52,350 nucleotides of DNA from an uncultured Nitrososphaerota archaeon (GCA_964618805.1 CAZUBM010000011.1:1-52350), one strand, 5' to 3'; shown: positions 32,008 to 41,248, counted from the stretch's first letter. Made by a program: numbers and translations. Notes: a model not told the origin generated them from the letters alone.

Positions 32008-34656
32008 CTATGAGTCTGCCATCTTCTTCCAGGCAGCACTTGGTGGTGCTGAGGCCTTGGCTGGGAAGATCCTGGGTTTCATCCTTACGTTAACGGGGAA
32101 GGGGATTTCAGACGCCATCCCCCATATCATTGCTTCATGGTTCCTCAGAGACGGTAAGTAGTTCTTTATATCCCCTCCTCCCTCCGTGTAGGCAGCTATT
32201 GCATCTTGATCGTTCAAGTTCTTCAGCCTAAAGCACACTACGGTGTTACATTGGGATATGACTGCCTTTGATACGTAAGCGGGTCTTTGCGTGACCACTA
32301 TGAAGCCCACGTTGTAACCTCCTGACTGGCTTATCGCCTCAATTAGAGTCGAATAAACCCCTGAGTCGAAGGGATTTCCTACAAGTGGAGCGTTTCTTTC
32401 GGGGACTAAATATTGGGCCTCCTCAAGCACCACTATTAGGGCGAAGTCCCCCTTATCCCTTCTCGAAATTGCGTATCTAACTATCTTCCTTATCATCTCC
32501 CTTACCGCTAGGAACTGATCGTCGTAATCTGCGTCAACGCTGAAGTCGAGCACGATTATAGGAAACTTCCTGACAGCCTCTATTATGTCATGACCCATTC
32601 CTCTTGGCCTAAGGAACCTTCCCGATCGTCTTAGCTTTATCTGAAGCTGACTAATCAGCTTCTTCCTCTCCCTCACATCCATGGCAATTGCAAGCTCCTT
32701 TGCCTTCTTAAGCAAGGCTTCTGGGCTTATCTCCCCCTCTCCTAAGACTTCTTCTGCAGCAAGCTCTACAAGGCTTCGAAGGGAGCCCCTATCTATCCCA
32801 AGCCTCCTCGATATGTCCTTAGGGGTTAAAGCTCCTTGCTTCGGCAAGAAGGTCCTGTAGTCAAATATGGCAGCCCCTTTCTTTGAAAGGATTGAGTATT
32901 CCCCCCTCTTATCGAGAACAAGAAACCTAGGTCTCGGATTTATCCTCTGAGAGTTCTCTATCAGGTTTAGGACGAAGGTCGAGTTGTGGACGAAGAAGCC
33001 GTTTGCAACGAAGTTCTCCCACCTCTCAACTGAGATGTCGTAAACGGGCTCCTCCCAGGGCCCTAGTTTCCTCACCTCAACTATCTTCTCGAACGAAAGG
33101 GATGGCATTGTAAGGAGCTTTAGGGCTTGATTTCCTCCTAGGAACTTAAGGACCGCAGTAATATCCTGAACGCTTACAAATTCTCCGTTCTCAATTCTCC
33201 TAAGCGAATCAGGACTTATCCCTGCCCTTACAGCGAACTCAAACCTCCACATTCCTCTTTTTATTCTCTCCCTCTTTATCACATCTCCTAGCTCTGGAAG
33301 GTGGTGGAACACCGGGCCTCCGTCGCTAGCTGTGTACTTCAAAGCCTGCTGGACCTTCTCCTCATCAAAAAGGATCCAAGCAGGGCCAACCCTTTCGGGC
33401 TCAAGGCCAAGGAGGGAGAGAGAACATGCAACCCTCATTGTCTCCGATGGATTTGAGAACATCACCCTGCTCCCGTCATAGGATTGATAGCTTATCCTCC
33501 TAAGGAATTCCTTCATTGCCCTCCTCTCCTCGCTTATTGGAAGGGTGATAAAGGAAGCTAGGCCCTGTTCCGCAATCATCCTCAGCTTTTGGTCCCTTAA
33601 GAGGAGGTAGTCCCTCAATATTTTTGCCTCAAGGCCTTTCTCTCTTGCTATCTCAACGAGCTTCTTATCTGGCCCATGAATTAGGACCTCATCCCCGACA
33701 ACCGACCCATCTGCAACAGCCGCGGCTATAAGCTCAGGACCGACCCCATCAGCCCTTTTTATTGGAGGAGGAGTTTCCAACGGGGAAACAAGCCAGAACG
33801 GGCCTCTCTTAAAGAGACTCCTTGGCTTAGCCTCTCTTAGCCTTAGGCCATCGAAGACCAAGAGGGAATGATCTCCAGTTACTAGAAGCCTCTTTCCCTT
33901 ATCAGTCCTTATCTCGTACATGCATTTTGATGGTTTATGCTTGTGAACAGCAGTTATTCTTGACCAGGTTGGTCTGAAGTTCCTTCTCTCAAGGCAGAGG
34001 GCGTAATACCTCCTTCCAAGCTCCTTAGTTCCCATCCCATTTCCAAGCAGCCTGTCTACGAAATCTCCTATTGGCTCAACTATAACCCTCTTCTCCTTTA
34101 CATCGTAAATCACTGTAATTGAGTCCCCTGAGACGCTCTTTCCTGACCTCGTCATCCCGGCAACGAAAGCATGGCCTCTGGCAAGGGAGTCAAGGTCCAG
34201 GTAGAAGTCTATATCGGAATCAGCAAGCTTTCCTATTGGAACCCTGTAGCCAGAGGTAGTTGATGAGAAGAACTCCCTCAAATCCTCCTTATCTGGCTTG
34301 AAGACTGGATCTGCGGTAGAGGGAGGGGCCTCAAGGCCCTTTATCCTCCCATCAATGGGGTCTCGATAGCCCAGGACCTCTGCGTTAGCAACTAGGTACT
34401 CAAGCTCCCCCTGAAATACGGGGACGAGGCCTGCAGAACTTGCAATTACTCCAGTACGGCCTAGATCCATCTCCTCATTCATTGAGGAGATGTCATAAAC
34501 CCTCAACAGGACAATTGGGCCTCCTTTCCCCCAGAAAGGATGCTCAACAGCATAAAACTGGCCCAGCTCTACTCTTTCTCCCCTCTTTATCACGAAGTTT
34601 ATCTTTCGGGGGGTAGAGCGAGAAATGACATATCCAACAACATTTTGCAACTTCAC
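32008..34656 (-). CDS. herA: HerA-family ATPase, intein-containing (about 497 aa after splicing)
   Basis: HAS-barrel-like N-terminus, Walker A GMTRSGK|ST, LDKRGEY, Walker B VVLEEAQ, TQRPA. Overlaps nurA. Confidence 0.85.
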   Translation of the reverse strand: MKLQNVVGYVISRSTPRKINFVIKRGERVELGQFYAVEHPFWGKGGPIVLLRVYDISSMNEEMDLGRTGVIASSAGLVPVFQGELEYLVANAEVLGYRDPIDGRIKGLEAPPSTADPVFKPDKEDLREFFSSTTSGYRVPIGKLADSDIDFYLDLDSLARGHAFVAGMTRSGKSVSGDSITVIYDVKEKRVIVEPIGDFVDRLLGNGMGTKELGRRYYALCLERRNFRPTWSRITAVHKHKPSKCMYEIRTDKGKRLLVTGDHSLLVFDGLRLREAKPRSLFKRGPFWLVSPLETPPPIKRADGVGPELIAAAVADGSVVGDEVLIHGPDKKLVEIAREKGLEAKILRDYLLLRDQKLRMIAEQGLASFITLPISEERRAMKEFLRRISYQSYDGSRVMFSNPSETMRVACSLSLLGLEPERVGPAWILFDEEKVQQALKYTASDGGPVFHHLPELGDVIKRERIKRGMWRFEFAVRAGISPDSLRRIENGEFVSVQDITAVLKFLGGNQALKLLTMPSLSFEKIVEVRKLGPWEEPVYDISVERWENFVANGFFVHNSTFVLNLIENSQRINPRPRFLVLDKRGEYSILSKKGAAIFDYRTFLPKQGALTPKDISRRLGIDRGSLRSLVELAAEEVLGEGEISPEALLKKAKELAIAMDVRERKKLISQLQIKLRRSGRFLRPRGMGHDIIEAVRKFPIIVLDFSVDADYDDQFLAVREMIRKIVRYAISRRDKGDFALIVVLEEAQYLVPERNAPLVGNPFDSGVYSTLIEAISQSGGYNVGFIVVTQRPAYVSKAVISQCNTVVCFRLKNLNDQDAIAAYTEGGGDIKNYLPSLRNHEAMIWGMASEIPFPVNVRMKPRIFPAKASAPPSAAWKKMADS
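32983..34137 (-). mobile_element. Intein (385 aa) in the P-loop, with degenerate LAGLIDADG and an internal XRE-type HTH
   Basis: GK|SVSGDS, VTGDHSL, AAVADG, IKRERIKRG..FAVRAGISPDSLRRIENG, VYDISV..NFVANGFFVHN|S. Confidence 0.92.
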
Positions 34657-35759
34657 ACCTCCCCGTGCTGAAGGGTAACGATGTTTAGGAGCTGGGCGGC
34701 TGAGGGGCCAAGCCTAAGCATTACCTCCTTGAAGAGGCGGAGATATGCTGAATTCGAGGTTCGCTCAGTTATCCTTGCAAGCCTGTCAACGTGCGAGAGG
34801 GGGATTGGGAAGCCAGATTTTGGATCTGCTAAAGATGTAAGGGCTCCAACTATGTAATCAAGCTTTGGCAGAGCGTATTCAGGAACCTCAAGCCTGTAAA
34901 CCCTCCTTACATTCCCCTTAACGAAAACTGCCCTTGGCTTCAGGCCATGGCCCCAGAAACCTCTCCACTGGGCTTCTCCCGGTATGTCAGACCAGTCCCT
35001 TGGAAGCGGGAGGGGCTTCGTGTACTCCTTCACCGATAAGGATATGGAAGCTACGACAGAATCGTTAAGCCTGCCGTCAATGTTGAGGAGCCTAGGGATA
35101 ATTGAGCTTCTTACCCTCTTCACTATGCCCACTGTAAGGACTCCTGCATCTCTGGACTCTGAAAGGAGGGAAAGAAGGGAGTTCATGGCCTCTTGGTATG
35201 TGGTGATAAATGATTTACTGAAGTCCCTTGAAATGGTTGAATAATGAACCTTTGATATGGCGAGCGGTCCATCGATTATTAGGATGTCTACGCCTTCCTC
35301 AACAAGCCTTCTTGCCAGCTCGAACTGAAGGTAAAAACCTATGAGGTTTGCGAGCTTCCTTCCCTCTTCCTCGTCCCTGAAGATGCGAGCGATCTTCGTC
35401 GTTGCAGCGAGAGGAGAGCCCTTCATCTCAACCCCTTTGAAGACCGAGCCAACTGCAACAACTACCGGGCAAAAGCCCACAAGAAGGTTTTTCCCGCTCA
35501 CACCGGCGTCAACAGCCCCAGATATTATCGTACTTACCTCAATACGAGGGGCCTTCCTTACCTCAAGGAGAGTCCTTACCTCACTGATGAGGGACTCGGC
35601 GACTTTTGCAACCTCTGCTATGTCTGAAGCGCTTCTGATAAGAGATTTCCTAAGAGAACCCTGAATTTCCGAATAGGAGACTAGATCATAGGCTCTAGAG
35701 CTTCGCTCGAGGAAAGGTTCGAGGGTACTCTGCTCTTTCGTGCTTCCACTTGCGACCAT
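34653..35759 (-). CDS. nurA: NurA-family nuclease
   Basis: AVDAG, IIDGPL, GIVKR, YRLEVP, GFPIPL..D..ARI. Directly upstream of herA. Confidence 0.8.
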   Translation of the reverse strand: MVASGSTKEQSTLEPFLERSSRAYDLVSYSEIQGSLRKSLIRSASDIAEVAKVAESLISEVRTLLEVRKAPRIEVSTIISGAVDAGVSGKNLLVGFCPVVVAVGSVFKGVEMKGSPLAATTKIARIFRDEEEGRKLANLIGFYLQFELARRLVEEGVDILIIDGPLAISKVHYSTISRDFSKSFITTYQEAMNSLLSLLSESRDAGVLTVGIVKRVRSSIIPRLLNIDGRLNDSVVASISLSVKEYTKPLPLPRDWSDIPGEAQWRGFWGHGLKPRAVFVKGNVRRVYRLEVPEYALPKLDYIVGALTSLADPKSGFPIPLSHVDRLARITERTSNSAYLRLFKEVMLRLGPSAAQLLNIVTLQHGEV

Positions 35760-35991
35760 GAAGTGACACCGATGTCGGAAGTGAATTACCTCTGGTGATT
35801 TTAATAGTTATACTTTTATCCAGTTTCACGAAATTTGGGGATATATGAAATACTATGGAACGATAAAAGAGATTTTTTTATACAAGTAAAGTTTTGGAAC
35901 CTCAAAAATCATTTGAAATTGAGAACTGCTTTAGAAACTAAAAGTTTATTGCTAATCTATAAACATATTCTTAATAACAAAACATGTTTTA

Positions 35992-36777
35992 GTGATGTAC
36001 TTGCCGATCGAGAACGCCCTTATCTTTGCTGCTGACGCTGACGAAGAGTTTATACTTAAAGCATTTGGCACCGCAGGTCCAAGAAAGGCTGTAGCTCTCA
36101 TAATAGATAGCCAAGGTGCTGAAAAAATTCCGGAGATTAAGAATCAGGTTAGGTGGATGACCAAGTCCTTTAACTCAATTAATCTCAGGAGGGACTTCGA
36201 TCTTGTACTTGATACTGTTAGAGACCTAATACAGAACCACAGGGATGCTGGATTTGAGGTCTACGTTTCCATCACCTCTTCTTTTCCAGAGATTTCAGCA
36301 GCTCTATATGTTGCAACGATGTACAAGGGAGGAATCCCAATCGCTCCCAATGCTCCAGATCCCGAGTTGCCCATGCTGAGGGTAGTGCTACTTCCAGAGA
36401 CCTCTCTCTCGATCCTCAAAGTACTGTACGAGGAGTTCGAAGGCATTGCTTTTCTGAAAGAGCTTTCTAATAGGGTCGCCGATTACCTTGAAAGGGTAAG
36501 GGGTAGGGAAATCAGGCGGCCCAAGAAGGAAAAAGAAGAAAGAAAGGAAGTCAGCTTTGAACCAACAGTAAATTACCACGTGAACAGAAAGCTAAAGCCT
36601 TTAGGGCTGGTAAGAACTGAGCTGGAGGGGAAGAGGCTAAAGATAATCCTTACAAGTTCTGGAATTGCAATTGCAAAGAGGGCTGACGATTATCTCAAGT
36701 TTTATCCAGAGAAGTCCAAAAGGGAAGAGGAGAAGAAAAAGAGAAAGAAGAGGGCAAGCATCATAATAACTGGATGA
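35992..36777 (+). CDS. CARF-like (Csa3/DUF6293-type) domain plus winged-HTH transcription regulator
   Basis: VYVSITSSFPEISAALYVA matches the CARF strand-helix motif (vNiSgG.k....a). C-terminal wHTH VNYHV..LKPLGLV..GKR..IILTSSG. Confidence 0.65.
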   Translation: MMYLPIENALIFAADADEEFILKAFGTAGPRKAVALIIDSQGAEKIPEIKNQVRWMTKSFNSINLRRDFDLVLDTVRDLIQNHRDAGFEVYVSITSSFPEISAALYVATMYKGGIPIAPNAPDPELPMLRVVLLPETSLSILKVLYEEFEGIAFLKELSNRVADYLERVRGREIRRPKKEKEERKEVSFEPTVNYHVNRKLKPLGLVRTELEGKRLKIILTSSGIAIAKRADDYLKFYPEKSKREEEKKKRKKRASIIITG

Positions 36778-36784
36778 CGGCCAT

Positions 36785-36800
36785 TGATTTTAGCGCGCGC
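36785..36800 (+). repeat. 16-bp motif TGATTTTAGCGCGCGC, copy 1
   Basis: Exact match to 51342-51357. Confidence 0.8.
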
Positions 36801-36929
36801 GAATTACCTGAGTCCACTCGTAAACTATGTAGGGTCTTCTTTAACCTGTACATCCAGATTTTTTCCCTTGAACGCTTCGAGATCTTCCTCTGTCAGTATT
36901 CTTATCTCTCTAAGGGAAATCTATGAACC

Positions 36930-37640
36930 ATTGTCTTCTTGATGAAAAGAGGAGTGTCCCTTCTGCAAAGCTTCAAGCCTTTGGCCTTTATCTCTTCGTT
37001 TTTTAGCCTTCCGAGGTATCGAGAGGGAACCCCAGTTCTCCCTGAAACATCGTTGAAGAATGCAACCCATGCGTAATCCGCTTCCACCTTGAGGGTATAT
37101 CCTGTCTCCTCCTCTATAGCCCTAATCAGCCTTTGAACTTCGAGCCAGTCCTTTGAGCCTACTTGAATGAAGAGGGAGTCCACTAAAGCGTGCAGAACCC
37201 TAAAGCCCATCCTTTCTGCAACCAACATTGCCCTAAACAGCGTATCCCTTGCAAGAGCTGTGACACATTCATAAGCCTCTATGCTTCCAAACCTCGCGTT
37301 TCTATACCCTAGATAACCGAAACAAGCAACAAGGATCCATTTAACTGCTATCTGAGCCGAATCATATCTTTTAGAACCTGATTTAGCAGAGTTCGCAAGG
37401 GCCTTCAACTTTGCCCTCCTCTCAACGAGTTCTCCAACTACCTCGGCTACGAGACCCCTACGTCCAAAGGAGATGGTGTGCCCAACCTCTGGAACCTCTA
37501 TCTTTAGGCCAGAGCACTCCAAATCGTTCACGGTTTCTGGACTTATGTTGTTCTTCGCTATTATCGTGGGAAATAGGAAGTTGAAGTCTATTTGGACGAC
37601 GTTCCAGTAAATTCCTGGCTTAGGTGTAAGGACTATGCCT
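36930..37640 (-). pseudogene. polB2: Internal fragment of family B DNA polymerase PolB2 (Dpo2-like)
   Basis: GIVLTPKPGIYWNVVQIDFNFLFPTII..NISPETVN, KWILVACFGYLGYRNARFG, HALVDSL, RRDTP. Both ends are missing. Confidence 0.85.
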
Positions 37641-37668
37641 TATCAAGTGTTACTTCGGTTACTACAGG

Positions 37669-38664
37669 TTAGGCGAAATTGCTTCGGGGGGCTTGAAAAG
37701 AAAAAATCAAAATATAGCAAAATGTTATGGAGATGATGAATATGAAGAATCTCAAAATCTTAATTTTAGTCGGAATCTTAATTTTGACAGGGACAGGAAT
37801 TTGGCTTTCAATTCAAACTGAAAAATTAACTCCGCTAGAAATTTCTATTGGATCAGAAAAAGAAGAAAAACCAGAAATAACTTTAATTTCTGTTTATGAC
37901 AACTATCAAGTAAATCCTGATTTAACAACTGCCTGGGGTTTCGGATGTATAATAAAAACTCCTCAGGAGCTAATACTGTTCGATACCGGAGGAAACTCAG
38001 AAATTTTGCTTTCCAATATGGAAAAATTAGGTATCAATCCTGCCTCAATCAAGAAAGTAGTTATTTCTCATATTCATGGTGATCATGTGGGTGGATTAGA
38101 AGGTTTTTTAGAAAGAAACAGCAATGTTACTGTCTTTATTCCGAGTTCCTTTCCCCAATCTATTAAAAATATGATAACCCAAAAGGGAGCCAAACTTGTA
38201 GAAATTTCGGCTCCAGGGAAAATTTCTGATTTTGTTTACACGACCGGAGAACTTTATGGGCCTCCAAAAGAGCAATCCTTAATTATCGATTCAAAAAAGG
38301 GATTAGTTATTATTACGGGCTGTGCTCATCCTGGAATTGTGAATATTGTGAAGAAAGCTAAAGAATTGATGAAAAAAGATAAGCTTTATTTGGTTTTGGG
38401 AGGGTTTCACCATCCCCCTATATCGTGTGTTAAAGAATTTAAAGAATTGGGAGTAGAAAAAGTTGCACCATCTCATTGCACAGGTGATTTGGTCAGAGAA
38501 GCTTTCAAAAGGGAATATGAGGAAGATTTTATTGAGTACGGGGTAGGAAAGATAATTGAAATCGGATAAAAGGTTTCTCAAATTTCACTTTGCCTAACAG
38601 CGGATAAAAAGGAAATCAAAGATTTCCCCAAATTGCCTTCGGCAACTTCTTTTATATGCATACG
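37669..38664 (+). mobile_element. Integron-type gene cassette (single ORF plus attC), no integrase in window
   Basis: Starts at G|TTAGGC and ends with an attC whose R'' GCCTAAC is the exact complement. Sharp AT-rich composition shift at both ends. Confidence 0.8.
37727..38569 (+). CDS. MBL-fold metallo-hydrolase (COG1237-like) with N-terminal TM anchor
   Basis: LFDTG, SHIHGDHVGG, GCAHPG, GGFH, PSHCTG. Confidence 0.88.
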   Translation: MEMMNMKNLKILILVGILILTGTGIWLSIQTEKLTPLEISIGSEKEEKPEITLISVYDNYQVNPDLTTAWGFGCIIKTPQELILFDTGGNSEILLSNMEKLGINPASIKKVVISHIHGDHVGGLEGFLERNSNVTVFIPSSFPQSIKNMITQKGAKLVEISAPGKISDFVYTTGELYGPPKEQSLIIDSKKGLVIITGCAHPGIVNIVKKAKELMKKDKLYLVLGGFHHPPISCVKEFKELGVEKVAPSHCTGDLVREAFKREYEEDFIEYGVGKIIEIG

Positions 38665-38670
38665 TTCAGC
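38592..38670 (+). other. attC recombination site
   Basis: R'' GCCTAAC, 5-nt spacer, L'' ATAAAAAG, two internal hairpins (GGAAATC-AAA-GATTTCC; TTGCC-TTC-GGCAA), L' CTTTTAT, 8-nt spacer, GTT. Confidence 0.8.
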
Positions 38671-38687
38671 GTTGACCTTGATTTGAC

Positions 38688-39176
38688 TTGGAAGAACCCA
38701 GGAGTTTGGAGGAGCTTGGGAAAGAAGAGGTTGAGCTGAAGTTCATTTGTCCCGAATCAAAGGAACTTGAATTCCTTTTTCCAGAGTTCTACATGGAGTA
38801 CAGAAAATCTATACAATTCAAGGTTTATGACATAAGGGAGATCTTCTGCGAGAAGGTAAGAGCAATCCTAACCAGGAAAGGTTTCAAGGAAAGATATTTC
38901 GTAGATGCATACATGATCTCAAAGAAATTCAACTTAAGATATGAAGATCTGGAAGAAGAGACTTTGAGGAAGCTCAAGTTCATCTTAAGGCTATATTACA
39001 AATACAAAAGGAACCTGAATAATAAAGTTTCGATGTTAACCGTTGAAAACTTCCCATTCGGCTCTGAGAGATACTTACTCATAGAAAAGATAGATGAAGG
39101 GGATTTCCATTTATTCTTAAACAAATTTATGGTTTGGCTAAGAAAGTTGGCTAAGGCAGCCATAGCTTTCGCGTAA
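38688..39176 (+). pseudogene. 3' part of an AbiEii-like nucleotidyltransferase
   Basis: VYDIREIFCEKVRAILTR..RYFVDAY. The N-terminal catalytic GG/D-x-D region is absent. Confidence 0.65.
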
Positions 39177-39281
39177 ATCGAACCTTAAAGGGGCAAAACT
39201 GAAGATGCATGCGAGCTTTATCACGAAAAATCTGCTTAGGATCGTTTTTATAACTAACATTATGGGACTTTTTTATTCGGT

Positions 39282-39560
39282 TCAAAGCAGTTCTTGCAAC
39301 TCGACAAAGAGCTCACTCTTTATCACTTCTTCCCTTTCTATCTTTCCTTCTCTTAGATAGACAACTCTATCAGCTTTCTTGGCTACCTCAAGGTCATGGG
39401 TTGCTATGATAAACATCTTTTTCCTCTCTCGATTAATTCGCTTCATTAGGCTTATGATTTCCTAACCCGTGACAGAGTCCAATTCCCGGTAGGTTCATCT
39501 GCAAGGATGATTGCTGAGTCGTTGACCAGCGCACGAGCTATTGCCACTCTTTGCCTTTCA
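39282..39560 (-). pseudogene. 3' fragment of a LolD/MacB-type ABC ATPase
   Basis: [24 protein letters not shown], frameshift and TAG, then IIATHD..VAKKADRVVYL. Confidence 0.85.
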
Positions 39561-39781
39561 TGCCAAGAATCCTTTCCCACTGGTCGGCTCCAAAGGTTTG
39601 GGTAACTCAGTGGGTTTGGCGAGGCATTGGTGGGATTCTTACTGGTAGGAGCCGGCTCACTTGTCTTAGGGCTCTCATACGACGTAATTAAGATTTTGAA
39701 GTTGAAGAACGAAATACTGAAGGCAGAAAATAATGTTTAATTTTTAAGAATGAATTAGAGGCAAACAATCGTATCTTCATA

Positions 39782-39812
39782 GCCTGACAGCGGAACTTCA
39801 TATTCCCAGAAA
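39782..39812 (+). other. Possible collapsed attC remnant
   Basis: GCCTGACAGCGGA matches 38592-38604 at 12/13 positions and is joined to AACTTC-ATATTCCCAGAAA. Follows an AT-rich ORF tail. Confidence 0.35.
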
Positions 39813-39924
39813 AGACCTCAATATTGCTTGGAAAGGTTAAGAAGCTAAGAAATTGAAGAGTAGCATCTCATCCTCTAAATTCTTCCAAGACCGCTATATG
39901 CGCTACAAACTTCACTATCTTAGA

Positions 39925-40877
39925 TTATGTGCCTGGTGCTTCTTGGAACAACCTCTTACGAGAAATGTCTATTCCAGCATTCTCCAGTAACCATTTGGCA
40001 GCCCTAATATCCTCGAGTGAAAAGGAGATGGATATTTCACCTATTGATATGTCATCGGTTATAACCCATAAAGCAATCTGCACTGCAGCAACTGGTTTTT
40101 GAGTGCGTGGGGCATCAGTGAGGGACATCATCAACTTTATAACGTCCTCTCCATAAGTACCAGGATCAGTTCGTAGTGAGAACGACTCTGAACTTGATGG
40201 ATTGTCTTTGTGCAGGTCAAGACAGTAGGCTTCAATGTTTAAATCAAGTTCAATTCCGGGTTTAACGGTTATAGTCCTACTTTCTGCAATGATCATGTTT
40301 TGTCCCAGACCGGAATTTATCAAGACTAGACCAGGAGTTATTTCTATGTTTACTGTGATTTCAAGTTTAGGGGTAATCCTAAGCTTTATCACATCTCCAG
40401 CACAGTAGCCTGTTCCCCTAAACTCAACATCAACGATATCCTTATTAATTGCATCAATAAGATCGTAGCTTTCACTTACAATTGTAGTAAGGGTCCACAC
40501 ATCCGTGCTCCAAACGTGATACCCTTCCTCTGTGTATCCATCAGCTCTTACTTTGTTGAATATCTTGTCCTTGATGGGACCCTTAAATTCAACATAAAAA
40601 GCCCTAGACTCGTTGACTGCCAAGTTACCAGACCACTTAAAGCCATAAGAGTCCCCGATGCTCACATTAAATAAGTCTCGATTCCCATCATTGCTGACAT
40701 TTATTGTACATGTGACCGATTCGCCCAGTTGTCTCTTAGATGGCCTGAAATCTCAACAAACAGGCTTGGACGACCGTATTTGAAACGCTAGTAGATTATA
40801 AGGCCAGTAAAAAGTAGAAGCAAAGTTAAATCTGCAATGAGAAAAAATTTTAGAAACTTGCGTATAGAATGCTTCAT
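39925..40877 (-). pseudogene. Secreted protein with disrupted N-terminus and C-terminal YCxD...QxAxW domain
   Basis: Signal-like MKHSIRKFLKFFLIAD from 40877 is broken by stops. The intact part 39925-40665 has AYCLD and VQIALW. Confidence 0.55.
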
Positions 40878-41248
40878 ACTAAAACTTCAGTTTTTTCCAT
40901 ATTTAATTTTTCTATATAGAGAACCTTGCATACAAAAAAGTAAGAAAACTATGAACCCATGCGACTGGTTAATCATAGAAGTTGGAAGAGGGTTTTCTTG
41001 ATTTTATGAAGGTAAAAATGAAGTAACCCCCTGACACAATAACCATTAAAGAAGTTTTCCTCCTTCTTTTCGATAGAGAAATAAAACTAGAGACAGTTGA
41101 AGGGCGATGAACTCCTAAATTGAACTGATTTGAATTTAATTTCACTCTTTTCAATAAAAAAACCTATTTTTGGCGCTCTTTCTGGTGGAAAATTATATAA
41201 GCCAACAGGACATCTTTTGTTGGAGATGGAATAAATCTGAAAGGTTTA

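Noticed and set aside
37727-38569. Cassette gene as an antibiotic-resistance metallo-beta-lactamase
   Set aside because: Its motifs (GCAHPG, GGFH, HCTG) fit the COG1237-type hydrolase subgroup, not class B beta-lactamases.
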